64,000 bases of DNA from an uncultured Nitrospiraceae bacterium (GTDB taxonomy: Bacteria; Nitrospirota; Nitrospiria; Nitrospirales; Nitrospiraceae): NCBI GenBank assembly GCA_963846575.1, contig CAWJWJ010000002.1:2080001-2144000 (forward strand). The letters run 5' to 3'. The translations under genes and the position numbers were made by a program. The notes under the pieces were generated by a model. That model made no database searches and had not been told where the DNA came from. It was given only the letters and a program-made list of their open reading frames with translations. Positions 40,827-50,430 of this stretch are shown piece by piece (the stretch's first letter is position 1; every line of letters starts with the position of its first letter).

Positions 40827-43235
40827 TCATCGGTATTGAGTCAGGGCCCTTGCGGCCGCAACGGCGGCCTGGCCAAGGGACAGCCCCCCGTCATTGGAAG
40901 GCACCTGATGATGGGAGAGTACGGTCAACCCCATCCTCTCCAAGCGGGCCGTGACCAGTTCGCAGAGCACCTGATTCTGAAACACCCCTCCGGAGAGCGC
41001 CACGTGACCGACGGTTCGCTCGCCTTCCCCTTCTTTCATCCGCGTAATCTTGTCCGCCATAGCGCAGATGGCCTGTGCCAATCCCTTATGAAACCGGGCA
41101 GCCATCACGGGGTGCGGCGTCTTCAGGATGAGGTCACCGAGGAGCGCGGACCACATGGCCAACGGCTCAATGTAAGGAAGCGTCGTGCCTCTCAGGTAGG
41201 GAATCGTGAAGGGGTACGCGAGGATGTCGGCTTCCTGCTCCAAGGTCGATCGATCGACGAGCGCTTCCAGCTCCACCGCGGCCTGACCTTCATAACTGGC
41301 ACGGTCTCGGCAGATTCCCATCGCCGCAGCCACGGCGTCGAACAGCCGTCCGCAGGAACTGGCCGGAGGACTGTTGATTCGCCGCGCCAGCATCTGGTCG
41401 AGCAGGCCGCGCGGCTTTTGCTCCAGAAAGTGATAGAGGTCCAATTCGTGATAGTTCATGGCAAATCGGGCCCACCCCAGTTCAGCCATCAGATGGGCAT
41501 AGGTATTTCTCCAGGGTTCCATGACAGCCTGTTCTCCGCCTAGCATCGGCACCGGCTTAAAGGTGCCCACTCGCGTGAACGTTCGATAGTCTGCGAGCAG
41601 GAACTCGCCGCCCCAGAGTTGCCCCTCATTCCCGTATCCCAGCCCGTCGAGCGCGATGCCCAGTACAGGGGAATGATCGAGGGGAATTCCGTTCTCTACG
41701 AGACAGGCGGCGATATGCGCATGATGATGCTGGACCTCGTAGACCGGCAGGTCACGCTCGGCCGCGAGTTTCTGCCCGTATTTGCGTGAAAGATATTCCG
41801 GGTGGTGATCGACGGCGAGGAAATGCGGCACATGCGCGAACAGTTCCGCGTAATGACGAAGCGCCCGTGTGAAGTCCGCCTGGGTCAGCGCGTCCGCCAG
41901 ATCTCCGATGTGATGGGAGATCACGGCCTGGCCATCCTTCAACAGGCAAAAGGTGTTCTTCAACTCCCCGCCCATGGCGAGCACGCGTGGTGCCCCCTTG
42001 AATCCTGCCGGGAGCGGGATCGGCGCCGGAGCATAACCCCGGCTGCGACGCAGGAGTCGCGGGCGGCCGCCGATCACCTTCGTCACGGAGTCATCGACCC
42101 GCTGGGCAATCGGACGGTCATGCACGAGAAAATACTCCGCGATGGTTCCCAGATGCATCCTGGCCAAATGATTATCGATCCATTGCGGTTCATCGGCACG
42201 GTTTCCGCTCGTCAGAACGATCGGCCGTTCCATACGCCTGAGCATCAGATGGTGAAGCGGCGTGTTGGGCAACATGACCCCCAGGGTGCGAACGGCCGGC
42301 GCGACGCTTGGAGCCACACCGGCTCCGGTCCCGCATTTCAGAATGACAATCGGGGCTTGAGGGCTTTGAAGCAGCAACCGCTCCTGCTCGGAGACTTCAC
42401 AATACCTTCTGACGACCCGGAGATCGCGCGCCATCAGCGCGAACGGTTTGGCTTCTCGAGCCTTCAGGCCTCGAAGCCGGGACACGGCCTCTTCTTGCGT
42501 CGCGTCACAGGCGAGCTGCACACCTCCCAAGCCCTTGATGGCAACAATCTGTCCTTTTTGAATGAGGGTACAGGCGGCATCCACGGGGTCCATCATCGTC
42601 ACCGCCTCGAGCGCGATGGGCTTTCCATCCGTCCGTTCCAGCGTGACCCTGGGTCCGCACCGGTGGCAGGCAATCGGCTGGGCGTGAAACCGCCGGTCGT
42701 CAGGGTCCTGATACTCGGCCTCACATTCGGCACACATCGGAAAGCCGCTCATGGTCGTCCCGGAACGGTCATAGGGAATCTTCTCTTGAATCGTCACACG
42801 CGGTCCGCAGTGGGTGCAGTTCGTGAATGGGTAGCGGTAGCGTCGAGCGAAGGGATCGAGGACCTCCTGCACGCAGTCGGGACAGGTCGTGGCGTCCGGC
42901 ACGACGCCTGTGCTTACTTCACCGCATCCGCTGTCAAGGATGAGGAAGCCGGGCGGCAGATCCTCAACTGAAGCCGGTTCGGAGATGACCTCATCGATCC
43001 GCGCCAGGACCGGTGGCTGTTCCTTCAAGTGGTCGACAAACCGCCGGAGGCTTTCAGAGGTCCCGATCGCATAGATCCGCACACCCTGTCCGTCATTCAA
43101 GACATGGCCCCGAAGCTGATGCTGCCGCGCCAGACGCCATACTGTGGGGCGAAATCCAACGCCCTGAACGAGACCGTGAACCCGGATCAGGACCGCGGCA
43201 GGTTCTGCGGTACGTAGAAATCCAAAGGGGGTCAT
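40827..43235 (-). CDS. hypF: Carbamoyltransferase HypF
   Basis: VQGVGFRP, zinc fingers CPDC/CTHC, QHHHAH, NDGGLSLGQ. Confidence 0.97.
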   Translation of the reverse strand: MTPFGFLRTAEPAAVLIRVHGLVQGVGFRPTVWRLARQHQLRGHVLNDGQGVRIYAIGTSESLRRFVDHLKEQPPVLARIDEVISEPASVEDLPPGFLILDSGCGEVSTGVVPDATTCPDCVQEVLDPFARRYRYPFTNCTHCGPRVTIQEKIPYDRSGTTMSGFPMCAECEAEYQDPDDRRFHAQPIACHRCGPRVTLERTDGKPIALEAVTMMDPVDAACTLIQKGQIVAIKGLGGVQLACDATQEEAVSRLRGLKAREAKPFALMARDLRVVRRYCEVSEQERLLLQSPQAPIVILKCGTGAGVAPSVAPAVRTLGVMLPNTPLHHLMLRRMERPIVLTSGNRADEPQWIDNHLARMHLGTIAEYFLVHDRPIAQRVDDSVTKVIGGRPRLLRRSRGYAPAPIPLPAGFKGAPRVLAMGGELKNTFCLLKDGQAVISHHIGDLADALTQADFTRALRHYAELFAHVPHFLAVDHHPEYLSRKYGQKLAAERDLPVYEVQHHHAHIAACLVENGIPLDHSPVLGIALDGLGYGNEGQLWGGEFLLADYRTFTRVGTFKPVPMLGGEQAVMEPWRNTYAHLMAELGWARFAMNYHELDLYHFLEQKPRGLLDQMLARRINSPPASSCGRLFDAVAAAMGICRDRASYEGQAAVELEALVDRSTLEQEADILAYPFTIPYLRGTTLPYIEPLAMWSALLGDLILKTPHPVMAARFHKGLAQAICAMADKITRMKEGEGERTVGHVALSGGVFQNQVLCELVTARLERMGLTVLSHHQVPSNDGGLSLGQAAVAAARALTQYR

Positions 43236-44446
43236 CCAGACACCTCACGATGCAACGACCGGATCATCACCCGATTGTTTCCACTGTCGGCAATGGCCAT
43301 CAACCCCTCCCCTATCGACAGCCCATAGGGCCAGCAGAGCGTGTCGCGCGAGGGGAACATCCATTGGTTGTCGCCTTTCAGGTCAAAGCGCGGTTGACCT
43401 GCCAAGGCACGTGCGGGTGCTCCGGTTGCGAGGTCTGGCTTGTACCACCCCAGGAGACGCGAATTGGCGGTATCTGCCACCAAGAGCCAGTCCCCCGCAG
43501 CGGCCAGACCATAGGGCATGTTGAGCGTGCCGGCATGCGGCCAATATTGCCCGGCGTTATGGTCCACCTGCGAAGGGTTGCCCTGTCCGACGATCCACCG
43601 GCAGCCGGCGCCGGATTCCGACGGCACCTCGTCCCAGATCATGATCCGATTGTTGCCGGCATCCGCTACACAGAGCGCCCCACCCCAGCAGGCCATCGCA
43701 TGGGGCCAGCGCATACTCATGCCTGTAGGTGTTCCGCCGGCATTTTCGTCCCGGCGATCGAAGCTTGTCTGTCCCAGGACGAGGTCGGCCGGCTGCCCGT
43801 TGTGTTCCGGTGGTGTGAACCAGATCAACACCCGCCGGTTGCCGGTATCGGCGACCATCAAACTTTCGCCGCGGCAGGACAGGCCATATGGCCAATAGAG
43901 GCTCTCGGCCGATGGCAGCGGCCGCCCACGATTGATCTCCACTGCGCCAAAGTGGAGCTGCCCCAGCACCAGGTCCGGCGGACAATGACTGGCGGATGGC
44001 AGTTCTTTCCAGAGGAGCACGCGATGATTCCAGGCATCCGCAACGGCGAGGCCCCGGCCATAGGCGCACATGCCGGTGGGTACATTCAACGTCGTGGCGG
44101 AAGGCTCGGTCTTCGCGTTTCGCCCTTCCGAGGAGAAGTCTGGCTGTCCGATCACCCAATCGGCGGGAGTGCCATTCGCAGATGGGCAATGCATCCATCC
44201 CAGCAGGCGGTGATGGCCGGTGTCGGAGACCCAAAGCGGCCCGTTGCTGCCGGCCACACAACAGCCGCGCGGTCCGAACAGAGTGTGTGACGAAGGGGTG
44301 ATGGGAAGAGGAAACCCTTCGGCATCCCGACATTCTCCCAGGACCGTGGGCGGCCTCTGCTCGTCCCACAGGGGAATCGGACTCACCGGCTCGCGGCCCG
44401 CGAAGCCCGGATGCCTCGGCGCTGTCAATCGGACCGTGAGCGCCAT
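43232..44446 (-). CDS. NHL-repeat protein (hydrogenase accessory)
   Basis: Repeated VADTGN(H/N)R..ADxVxGQ units; likely start MALTVR at 44446. Confidence 0.88.
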   Translation of the reverse strand: MALTVRLTAPRHPGFAGREPVSPIPLWDEQRPPTVLGECRDAEGFPLPITPSSHTLFGPRGCCVAGSNGPLWVSDTGHHRLLGWMHCPSANGTPADWVIGQPDFSSEGRNAKTEPSATTLNVPTGMCAYGRGLAVADAWNHRVLLWKELPSASHCPPDLVLGQLHFGAVEINRGRPLPSAESLYWPYGLSCRGESLMVADTGNRRVLIWFTPPEHNGQPADLVLGQTSFDRRDENAGGTPTGMSMRWPHAMACWGGALCVADAGNNRIMIWDEVPSESGAGCRWIVGQGNPSQVDHNAGQYWPHAGTLNMPYGLAAAGDWLLVADTANSRLLGWYKPDLATGAPARALAGQPRFDLKGDNQWMFPSRDTLCWPYGLSIGEGLMAIADSGNNRVMIRSLHREVSG

Positions 44447-44451
44447 TGCCG

Positions 44452-45348
44452 TTACCCCTTCACATTGATTTCGACCTTCGTTCCCACCACCCGCACGGCG
44501 CAGGGCACCAGTTGCACGTCCGGAGCCGTCAGGCATTCCCCCGAAGACAGATCGTAGCGAAACCCGTGATAGGGGCATGTAATCACCCCATCGACCACGA
44601 TACCCATATCAAGCGGCATACCCATGTGGGCACAGGCATTCTGGAAACAGGTCACGCGATGATCCTGTCGGCTGAACAGCAGAGAATGCCCGTTCAATTC
44701 CAACACCGTGATGCCCCTGTCGGGAAGCTCCTCGATATCCAGCGCCGTTTGCCAACCCGACGCAGCGCTGAGGGCAAAGGGACTGATGAAGGACCAGGGA
44801 GCCGCATTCCCGTCTGAACCGGCATAATTTCCCTTCACCTTGGTGATCGTCACGATCTCCGGACAGTATTCGCGGATGGCTTTTTCGATGCCCTCCGACA
44901 GGGTGAGAGCCGAGGCGGGACACCCGTCGCAGGCGCCCAACAATTTGATCTCCACGCAGTCCGGCGGATGAACCTGCACGAGTTCGACGTTGCCCCCATG
45001 CCCCTGCAGCATCGGACGTACCGAGGCGAGAGCCTGTTCGATTCGTTCGTTGAGCGAGGGTTTAATCAAGTCCAGATGCCGGAGCACGGCATACACGACT
45101 TCATCACCCGCCGTCCGTTTCAGGGCCTCGAGGGCACCGGCGTCGCTTTTGAGAGCACGGATCATGCGGGCCATGGCTTCTTTATGGAGATCATCGATGG
45201 CCCTTCGAAGCGCCGCGACCGTCAATCGCTGTGCTTCATCCCACCCCTGCACGATCGTGTCCAGGCTTTCGATGCTTTTCACGAGGGACGCCAGCGTGAG
45301 TTCCATCTTCGGCATCGTCTGATTCCGCTCAGTCATAAGAAGGCTCAT
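44452..45348 (-). CDS. NifU-C + Rieske [2Fe-2S] fusion protein
   Basis: HGGNVEL..GACDGC; CAH..CPYHG. Confidence 0.9.
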   Translation of the reverse strand: MSLLMTERNQTMPKMELTLASLVKSIESLDTIVQGWDEAQRLTVAALRRAIDDLHKEAMARMIRALKSDAGALEALKRTAGDEVVYAVLRHLDLIKPSLNERIEQALASVRPMLQGHGGNVELVQVHPPDCVEIKLLGACDGCPASALTLSEGIEKAIREYCPEIVTITKVKGNYAGSDGNAAPWSFISPFALSAASGWQTALDIEELPDRGITVLELNGHSLLFSRQDHRVTCFQNACAHMGMPLDMGIVVDGVITCPYHGFRYDLSSGECLTAPDVQLVPCAVRVVGTKVEINVKG

Positions 45349-45569
45349 TGATACTTCAAGTCGCGAAACAACCGCGGCTGCAAGGCTCCCGCGCAGAGAC
45401 CGGCGATCATGACGGCGAGCCACAGGGGGACCCCCGCCATCGCCAGGGCGATGAGCATGACGGCAGCTAAGGCTATGCCGGTTCCGGCCAGCAGCATCAC
45501 CTTGGGCAGGTCATGAAACAGTTTGCCCTGAAAAAAAAGCGAGACGGAATTCCAGAACATGTCGAACAT
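45345..45569 (-). CDS. Small membrane protein
   Basis: Two TM helices, ..ALQPRLFRDLKYQ; stop overlaps the next gene. Confidence 0.7.
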   Translation of the reverse strand: MFDMFWNSVSLFFQGKLFHDLPKVMLLAGTGIALAAVMLIALAMAGVPLWLAVMIAGLCAGALQPRLFRDLKYQ

Positions 45570-45582
45570 GCTCTTGCTCCCT

Positions 45583-45807
45583 TCACATCATCAGTGCCAG
45601 CAGGAAGAGCGCCACCGCCACACCCGGCACCGACGCCACCGGCCCGTAGCACGCGCCCATCATGGCCGCCAGTTCATTGCCCAGGGCCTTCCCCCCGACC
45701 AGGATACCGCCGATGGCTCCACCGATCGCCCCGGTCGCCAGCGCGACGAGCATGAGGATGAGTCCGTTCACCAGCGTGAGTTCGTCGTGCGAAAACATGG
45801 TCGCCAC
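45583..45807 (-). CDS. Small glycine-rich membrane protein
   Basis: GAIGGAIGGILVGGKALGNELAAMMG. Confidence 0.7.
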   Translation of the reverse strand: MATMFSHDELTLVNGLILMLVALATGAIGGAIGGILVGGKALGNELAAMMGACYGPVASVPGVAVALFLLALMM

Positions 45808-45849
45808 AATGCCCGCCTTCCCTTGAAGAAAAACGGCTCGAACGAGCCC

Positions 45850-46860
45850 TCATGCACCCGACTCGCGTGAGGACGCAAGCACATTGCTCCCAGCCTGTGC
45901 CAGGCGCTCCCCTTGAAGCTCGTTCAGAGCCTCCCGCGTGAGCCGGACCTTTTCGCGATCTCCGCACCGTTCGAAGATGTCTTTCGCCTCCGCGAAGTAC
46001 CGGAGCGCCTGATCGAGATTGCGCCGATTGCCATCGGCCGGCCTCCCAGGATCATCGGGCACGTTCCGCAGGGCATTGGCCTTATTGGACACCGTGTTCG
46101 CATATTCCAGCGGCTGATCCCTGGAATTCCGCACCTTCAGGGCTTCGTCATAAGCCAGGAGCGCGCGAAGATTGTTTTCGACGCTGTGACTGCTCGAGGC
46201 GTATTGCAGGGCGTTGCCCAGATTGTTTTGCAGCATCGCGTACTCAACCGGCTGATCCACCAAGGTCACGACCTTCAGCGCCTCTTCGAAGGATTGAACC
46301 GCCAGGGCTTCTCGCATCTTTCCGCTCGACTCGGCCATCGGCATGGAGAGATAGGCTGCCGCCAGATTGTTGTGCAAGATGGCGAATTCCGTCGGATATG
46401 TTTCACGGGTGAAGGTTCTGAGTGCGCGCAAGTAGGCGGCAATCGCGTCGGACAGGCGGGCCCGCCCCATCGTCGAAAGGGTCTGAAGCGCCAGGCCGAG
46501 ATTCATCTCGGTTTCAGCCACCTCTTCGGCTGATCCTCCAGCCTGGAAGCCAGCCAACGCAGACTCGAACAGCTGACGGGCCTGTTCGACGTATTCCATC
46601 CCCTCGTGAGGGATCGCGTTCAGCGCGGTTCCCTTGCGAGCATGGATACGTGCATGAAGCAGCGGTTCTCCCGACGGACACAAGGCCAATGCGCGGTCAT
46701 AGAGGGAGACGGCCTGGTGCAGATCCTGTACAAAGCGGGGTTTGTGTTGCAGGCCGATGGCGATCTCGATCAGGAGATCGATTTTATCGCGGATCGGAAC
46801 GTCGGGCATTTCAACGGCGGCAAGAGCAGCTTTGACATGTTCGTCGGCAAGCGAACTCAT
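45850..46860 (-). CDS. TPR-repeat protein
   Basis: EMNLG, LHNNLA, LQNNLGNA repeats; GGAGG RBS. Confidence 0.88.
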   Translation of the reverse strand: MSSLADEHVKAALAAVEMPDVPIRDKIDLLIEIAIGLQHKPRFVQDLHQAVSLYDRALALCPSGEPLLHARIHARKGTALNAIPHEGMEYVEQARQLFESALAGFQAGGSAEEVAETEMNLGLALQTLSTMGRARLSDAIAAYLRALRTFTRETYPTEFAILHNNLAAAYLSMPMAESSGKMREALAVQSFEEALKVVTLVDQPVEYAMLQNNLGNALQYASSSHSVENNLRALLAYDEALKVRNSRDQPLEYANTVSNKANALRNVPDDPGRPADGNRRNLDQALRYFAEAKDIFERCGDREKVRLTREALNELQGERLAQAGSNVLASSRESGA

Positions 46861-46948
46861 GATCGATCCTCCGCACGGTAAATGGCACGAAGCGACGCGA
46901 TGAATTCACTCTACGAACCGCCCCTAGGCATGTCAACTACTTATCCTT

Positions 46949-46969
46949 ACTGCAAACATTATTTGCAGT
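46949..46969. promoter_or_regulatory. Perfect 8-5-8 palindrome, putative operator
   Basis: ACTGCAAA-CATTA-TTTGCAGT upstream of the TPR-hyp operon. Confidence 0.55.
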
Positions 46970-46970
46970 G

Positions 46971-46986
46971 CCAAGTATCGTGCCGG
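46971..46986 (-). promoter_or_regulatory. Sigma-54-like promoter (imperfect)
   Basis: CCGGCACGATACTTGG versus TGGCACG-N4-TTGC; the -12 C is replaced by G. Confidence 0.45.
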
Positions 46987-47080
46987 GTGGTTTTTTCAGG
47001 TGGGCAGGCGTGACGCGCCCCGCAATCAGTTCACGGGGGACGGGAACGACCCGGGAACGCATAATCGGCGCCGGCGGGTT

Positions 47081-47953
47081 CTACAGGGCTTGAACGCCTG
47101 GGTCGTGCGGGGCAGGCCAGCGGGCGACAAGGGCGGCCAACCCGCTATCCCAACGGACAGGGAGCGTCCATGCCAGGCCTTCGTCGACCGCCTGATCCCG
47201 AAGAAACTCCTGGGCATGGACCACCCGGTCGCCGCGGCTGTTTTTCAGCTTGATCAAGAGCCCTCCCGATGCCACATGACGCACGGGCAGCAACAGCAGC
47301 GCTTCGTCCTTCTTGAGCAGCACCAGACTCTCCAATCCATTGAAATAGGTCGCATAGACCTCCGCCGTAAGATAGATATTGCCGTGACGTATGTGTATCT
47401 GAGCTGTGTTCGCCGACCCTGTCAGGGAGGAGGTGTCAGCATCCGCCCTGTCCGGCTCGCCCGGTGGTCGGCCTCTTTTCTCGCGGAGCTGAGCCTGGAT
47501 GGAGGCCACGACCCGATCAGCCGCCCGGGACACCTCCGGACTCAATTCGCATCCGAGGTTCGTGGTAGCCGCCTCCACCAGGTAGACCGTCACGTCGCGG
47601 GGAAACGTCGCGCCGAATATTTTCTTCCCCGCATACAGTGCATGGTCCCACCGGAAGTTGTGGAGACTGTACCCGGGCTCCGGCCGGTGTGCGAGTTCTT
47701 CACCCGGCACCTTGAAGACCGAGCCGGGCTGCGACCCACTCGCGCAGGCATCCACGAGAATCAAGGAGCGGGAGCCTCGCGCCTGGAACATGACGTCCAT
47801 GCCTGCCGTCCCGGCATCGAACACCGCCACTTCCTCGCAGGGGCTGGCGGCCAGCCATTGTTGTACGCGGCGGGCCACGATGACACCGACCCCGTCATCG
47901 CTGCGGTTCAGATTGCCGCAACCGATGACTGTATGCATGCCTGTCGAGGCCAT
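47081..47953 (-). CDS. Hydrogenase maturation protease with C-terminal extra domain
   Basis: VIGCGNLNRSDDGVG, DAGTAG, LVDA, SLHNFRWDH; ~100-aa C-terminal domain (GGLLIKLKNSRGDRVV). Confidence 0.88.
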   Translation of the reverse strand: MASTGMHTVIGCGNLNRSDDGVGVIVARRVQQWLAASPCEEVAVFDAGTAGMDVMFQARGSRSLILVDACASGSQPGSVFKVPGEELAHRPEPGYSLHNFRWDHALYAGKKIFGATFPRDVTVYLVEAATTNLGCELSPEVSRAADRVVASIQAQLREKRGRPPGEPDRADADTSSLTGSANTAQIHIRHGNIYLTAEVYATYFNGLESLVLLKKDEALLLLPVRHVASGGLLIKLKNSRGDRVVHAQEFLRDQAVDEGLAWTLPVRWDSGLAALVARWPAPHDPGVQAL

Positions 47954-48282
47954 CAGATCCTCCACAACCGGCAGGACCAATCCTTTTCAACAGGAAGGCG
48001 AAGTTCGGGCAGGTCGCAGAACCGGCGATGCGTCACAAAATACATGCAGGTTTCGCAGGATTGTGTGAGATCGTCGTCCGGCTCGCCGGACAGATAGGGA
48101 GCGAGGGTCATTCCCGCCACCACGAGTTTACGGTCATAGTCGTCGGATGGAAGGGCCTGGAGACGGGTTATTAGATCCCGCACTTCGTCGCTGTCATAGG
48201 CGCGGGGCTCTACTTCAGTCTTGAGCCCGTCGGCCAGTCGCTGCCGGAGTCTGGTTCGAACGCTGTCCTCATCCATATCCAT
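47953..48282 (-). CDS. Small 4-Cys HiPIP-like protein
   Basis: CETCMYF..FCDLPELRLPVEKDWSCRLWRI. Confidence 0.75.
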   Translation of the reverse strand: MDMDEDSVRTRLRQRLADGLKTEVEPRAYDSDEVRDLITRLQALPSDDYDRKLVVAGMTLAPYLSGEPDDDLTQSCETCMYFVTHRRFCDLPELRLPVEKDWSCRLWRI

Positions 48283-48312
48283 CGGTAGACCGCCAGACCG
48301 ATGTACGCGTGC

Positions 48313-48627
48313 TTAGATTCTCCACAGCCGGCACCACCAATCCGGTTCTACCGGAACGGCCAACTCGGGCAAATCGCACCACTTGCGATGAACCAGATAA
48401 TACATACATTCCAGGCAGCGCATCTGGTCCGGACCATAGGGCTTGTGGGTGAAACCTCCAAGGACGAGTTTGCCCTCGAGATCGTCGGGGGACAGCGCGC
48501 GCAGTTCGTCCAGCAGTTTGGTGAACTCCACGTGGGTTTCCGGGAACGGCTCAGTCTGAGTCTCCAGGCCGCTCTCCAGAATGCGGGCAATCTTCTGCCG
48601 GAGTTTCTCTTCTTCTTCGGGGCGCAT
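48313..48627 (-). CDS. Small 4-Cys HiPIP-like protein (paralog)
   Basis: CLECMYY..WCDLPELAVPVEPDWWCRLWRI; GAGGGG RBS before ATG 48627. Confidence 0.75.
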   Translation of the reverse strand: MRPEEEEKLRQKIARILESGLETQTEPFPETHVEFTKLLDELRALSPDDLEGKLVLGGFTHKPYGPDQMRCLECMYYLVHRKWCDLPELAVPVEPDWWCRLWRI

Positions 48628-48796
48628 CAAAAAGTCCCCTCGTCCACAAGGAGCTCTGTTGATCCCCTCATGAGAATGGCACCGGCCAAGTGCTATGGAA
48701 CATGACTCGCCCGGTTGTTTTCCAACAGCCGGGCGAGAAGGAGGCCACTGTACGCTTCTCTCATGCGCATTACCAGTTGCGCCCGGTCGAGCCTGT

Positions 48797-50392
48797 CTAT
48801 CCGATTTTAAACCGGGCGAGTTCCTTCCCCGTCTTGGCGTCGTGTGCATGGACCGTGCAGACCAGGCAGGAGTCGAACGATCTGGCGACATGCCCGACTT
48901 CCACGGGATCGGTGGGATCGGCGATCGGCGCCCCCATCAACGCCTCTTCGATCGGTCCCTTGCTGCCCTTTGCATCTCTGGGTCCGACATTCCAGGTGGT
49001 TGGCGCCACGATCTGATAGTTCTTGATCTTCCCTCCCTTCACCTCGATCCAATGACAGAGCGCACCGCGAATCGCTTCCGTCGCACCCCAGCCCCGCCCG
49101 TCTTTTTCCTGAGGCTTGATGTACCAGGGTTCGTTCAATCGGAACTCTCGCAGGCAATGCTCCGCCTGCCGGTAGAGTTTGATCGTTTCGTGCATGCGCG
49201 CCAGCTGCCGCAGGTGCAGGCTCGGGCCGCCCATTTTCTTATACATGTCCAGAATGAACCCGTCGTAATGCTGCCAGGATTCGCCATGCCTGCCGCCCGC
49301 CACGACCTGCCTGGCGAAGGGCCCCGCTTCGAGGCGCCCCAGTTCCGTATGACTCACCGCCGTACACCAGGAGTAGGCCCCGTTGAAATCCGTCGTATTG
49401 TTCGTCATGGCCTTGGTCACCCGATCATAGGGGTGGGTATCGGTCCTGCCCTCGTCGTACCAGGAATGCATCGTGTTCTCCCGCGTGAACTCCTGGCTCA
49501 TGATCGTATGCCGATCGGTCGAACCGTCGTAGACCCCGCCCTTCATAATGAGCGAGGCATTGCGGCCTTCGATCGTGGGTTTTTGATACTTATCTTCGTG
49601 GGGCAGATAGCCCCAGGAGATGTATTTCCCGACTCCACCGCCGTACTCATGCAGCCCGATGTCCATTCCCATGCGCCAGTAGAATCCGAGATCCGAATTG
49701 GCATGCCCAGGCTTTTCGTCCAGCCAGGCCATGAACTCTTCGTGGGTCTTGATCTGCTCGTACCGTTCCAAGGAACAGCCGAGCCAGACCGGTTCGAGCC
49801 AATTGTTCTTGTAGTATTCCAGGATCGACCAGGATCTGGTCACGTCGGACAAGGTGGGGGCACACATCACTCCTCCGGGGACCATGTAACTGGAATGCGG
49901 CCACTGGCCTCCGAGGAGGGCATAGATTTCCACCGGTTTTCCGGAAATCGTGACCCCGATCTCGTACGATTTCCCTGTAAAGGGTGCGAAACGCTTGCAG
50001 GCCTCTTCGTAAAACCGGCTGTTACGGTACTTCCTGTTTGTGAGATCGATGACATACAGACCGTAGAAATAACGCGGTTGGCTCTGGAGGCTCTCGGCAA
50101 TCTGACCGAGGTTGCGGGCCAGGATAGCATTGCGTGGTACGGTGGTCTGCCAGGCCGTATCTAGCGCCCATGCCGCGCAGGTCAGATGCGAAGCGCCGCA
50201 TATGCCGCAGGCTCTGGGGGTCACCACGAGTCCGGCCTGCGGATCTTTGTCGCGGAGGATGATCTCAAACCCGCGGAACAATTCCGCCTGGGTCCAGGCA
50301 TTGGTGACGACGCCGTTGTCCACTTCGACCCGCACGTCCAGATCTCCTTCAACGCGGCCAACCGGGGAGATATCGAGAGTTTGAACAGCCAT
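48797..50392 (-). CDS. hupL: Group 2a [NiFe]-hydrogenase large subunit
   Basis: GRVEGD, L1 PRACGICG, L2 SFDSCLVCTVH plus a cleavable C-terminal tail. Confidence 0.95.
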   Translation of the reverse strand: MAVQTLDISPVGRVEGDLDVRVEVDNGVVTNAWTQAELFRGFEIILRDKDPQAGLVVTPRACGICGASHLTCAAWALDTAWQTTVPRNAILARNLGQIAESLQSQPRYFYGLYVIDLTNRKYRNSRFYEEACKRFAPFTGKSYEIGVTISGKPVEIYALLGGQWPHSSYMVPGGVMCAPTLSDVTRSWSILEYYKNNWLEPVWLGCSLERYEQIKTHEEFMAWLDEKPGHANSDLGFYWRMGMDIGLHEYGGGVGKYISWGYLPHEDKYQKPTIEGRNASLIMKGGVYDGSTDRHTIMSQEFTRENTMHSWYDEGRTDTHPYDRVTKAMTNNTTDFNGAYSWCTAVSHTELGRLEAGPFARQVVAGGRHGESWQHYDGFILDMYKKMGGPSLHLRQLARMHETIKLYRQAEHCLREFRLNEPWYIKPQEKDGRGWGATEAIRGALCHWIEVKGGKIKNYQIVAPTTWNVGPRDAKGSKGPIEEALMGAPIADPTDPVEVGHVARSFDSCLVCTVHAHDAKTGKELARFKIG

Positions 50393-50430
50393 GATCAGTC
50401 TCCTTTGGGGTCCTGTTTCGATGTCCTGAT

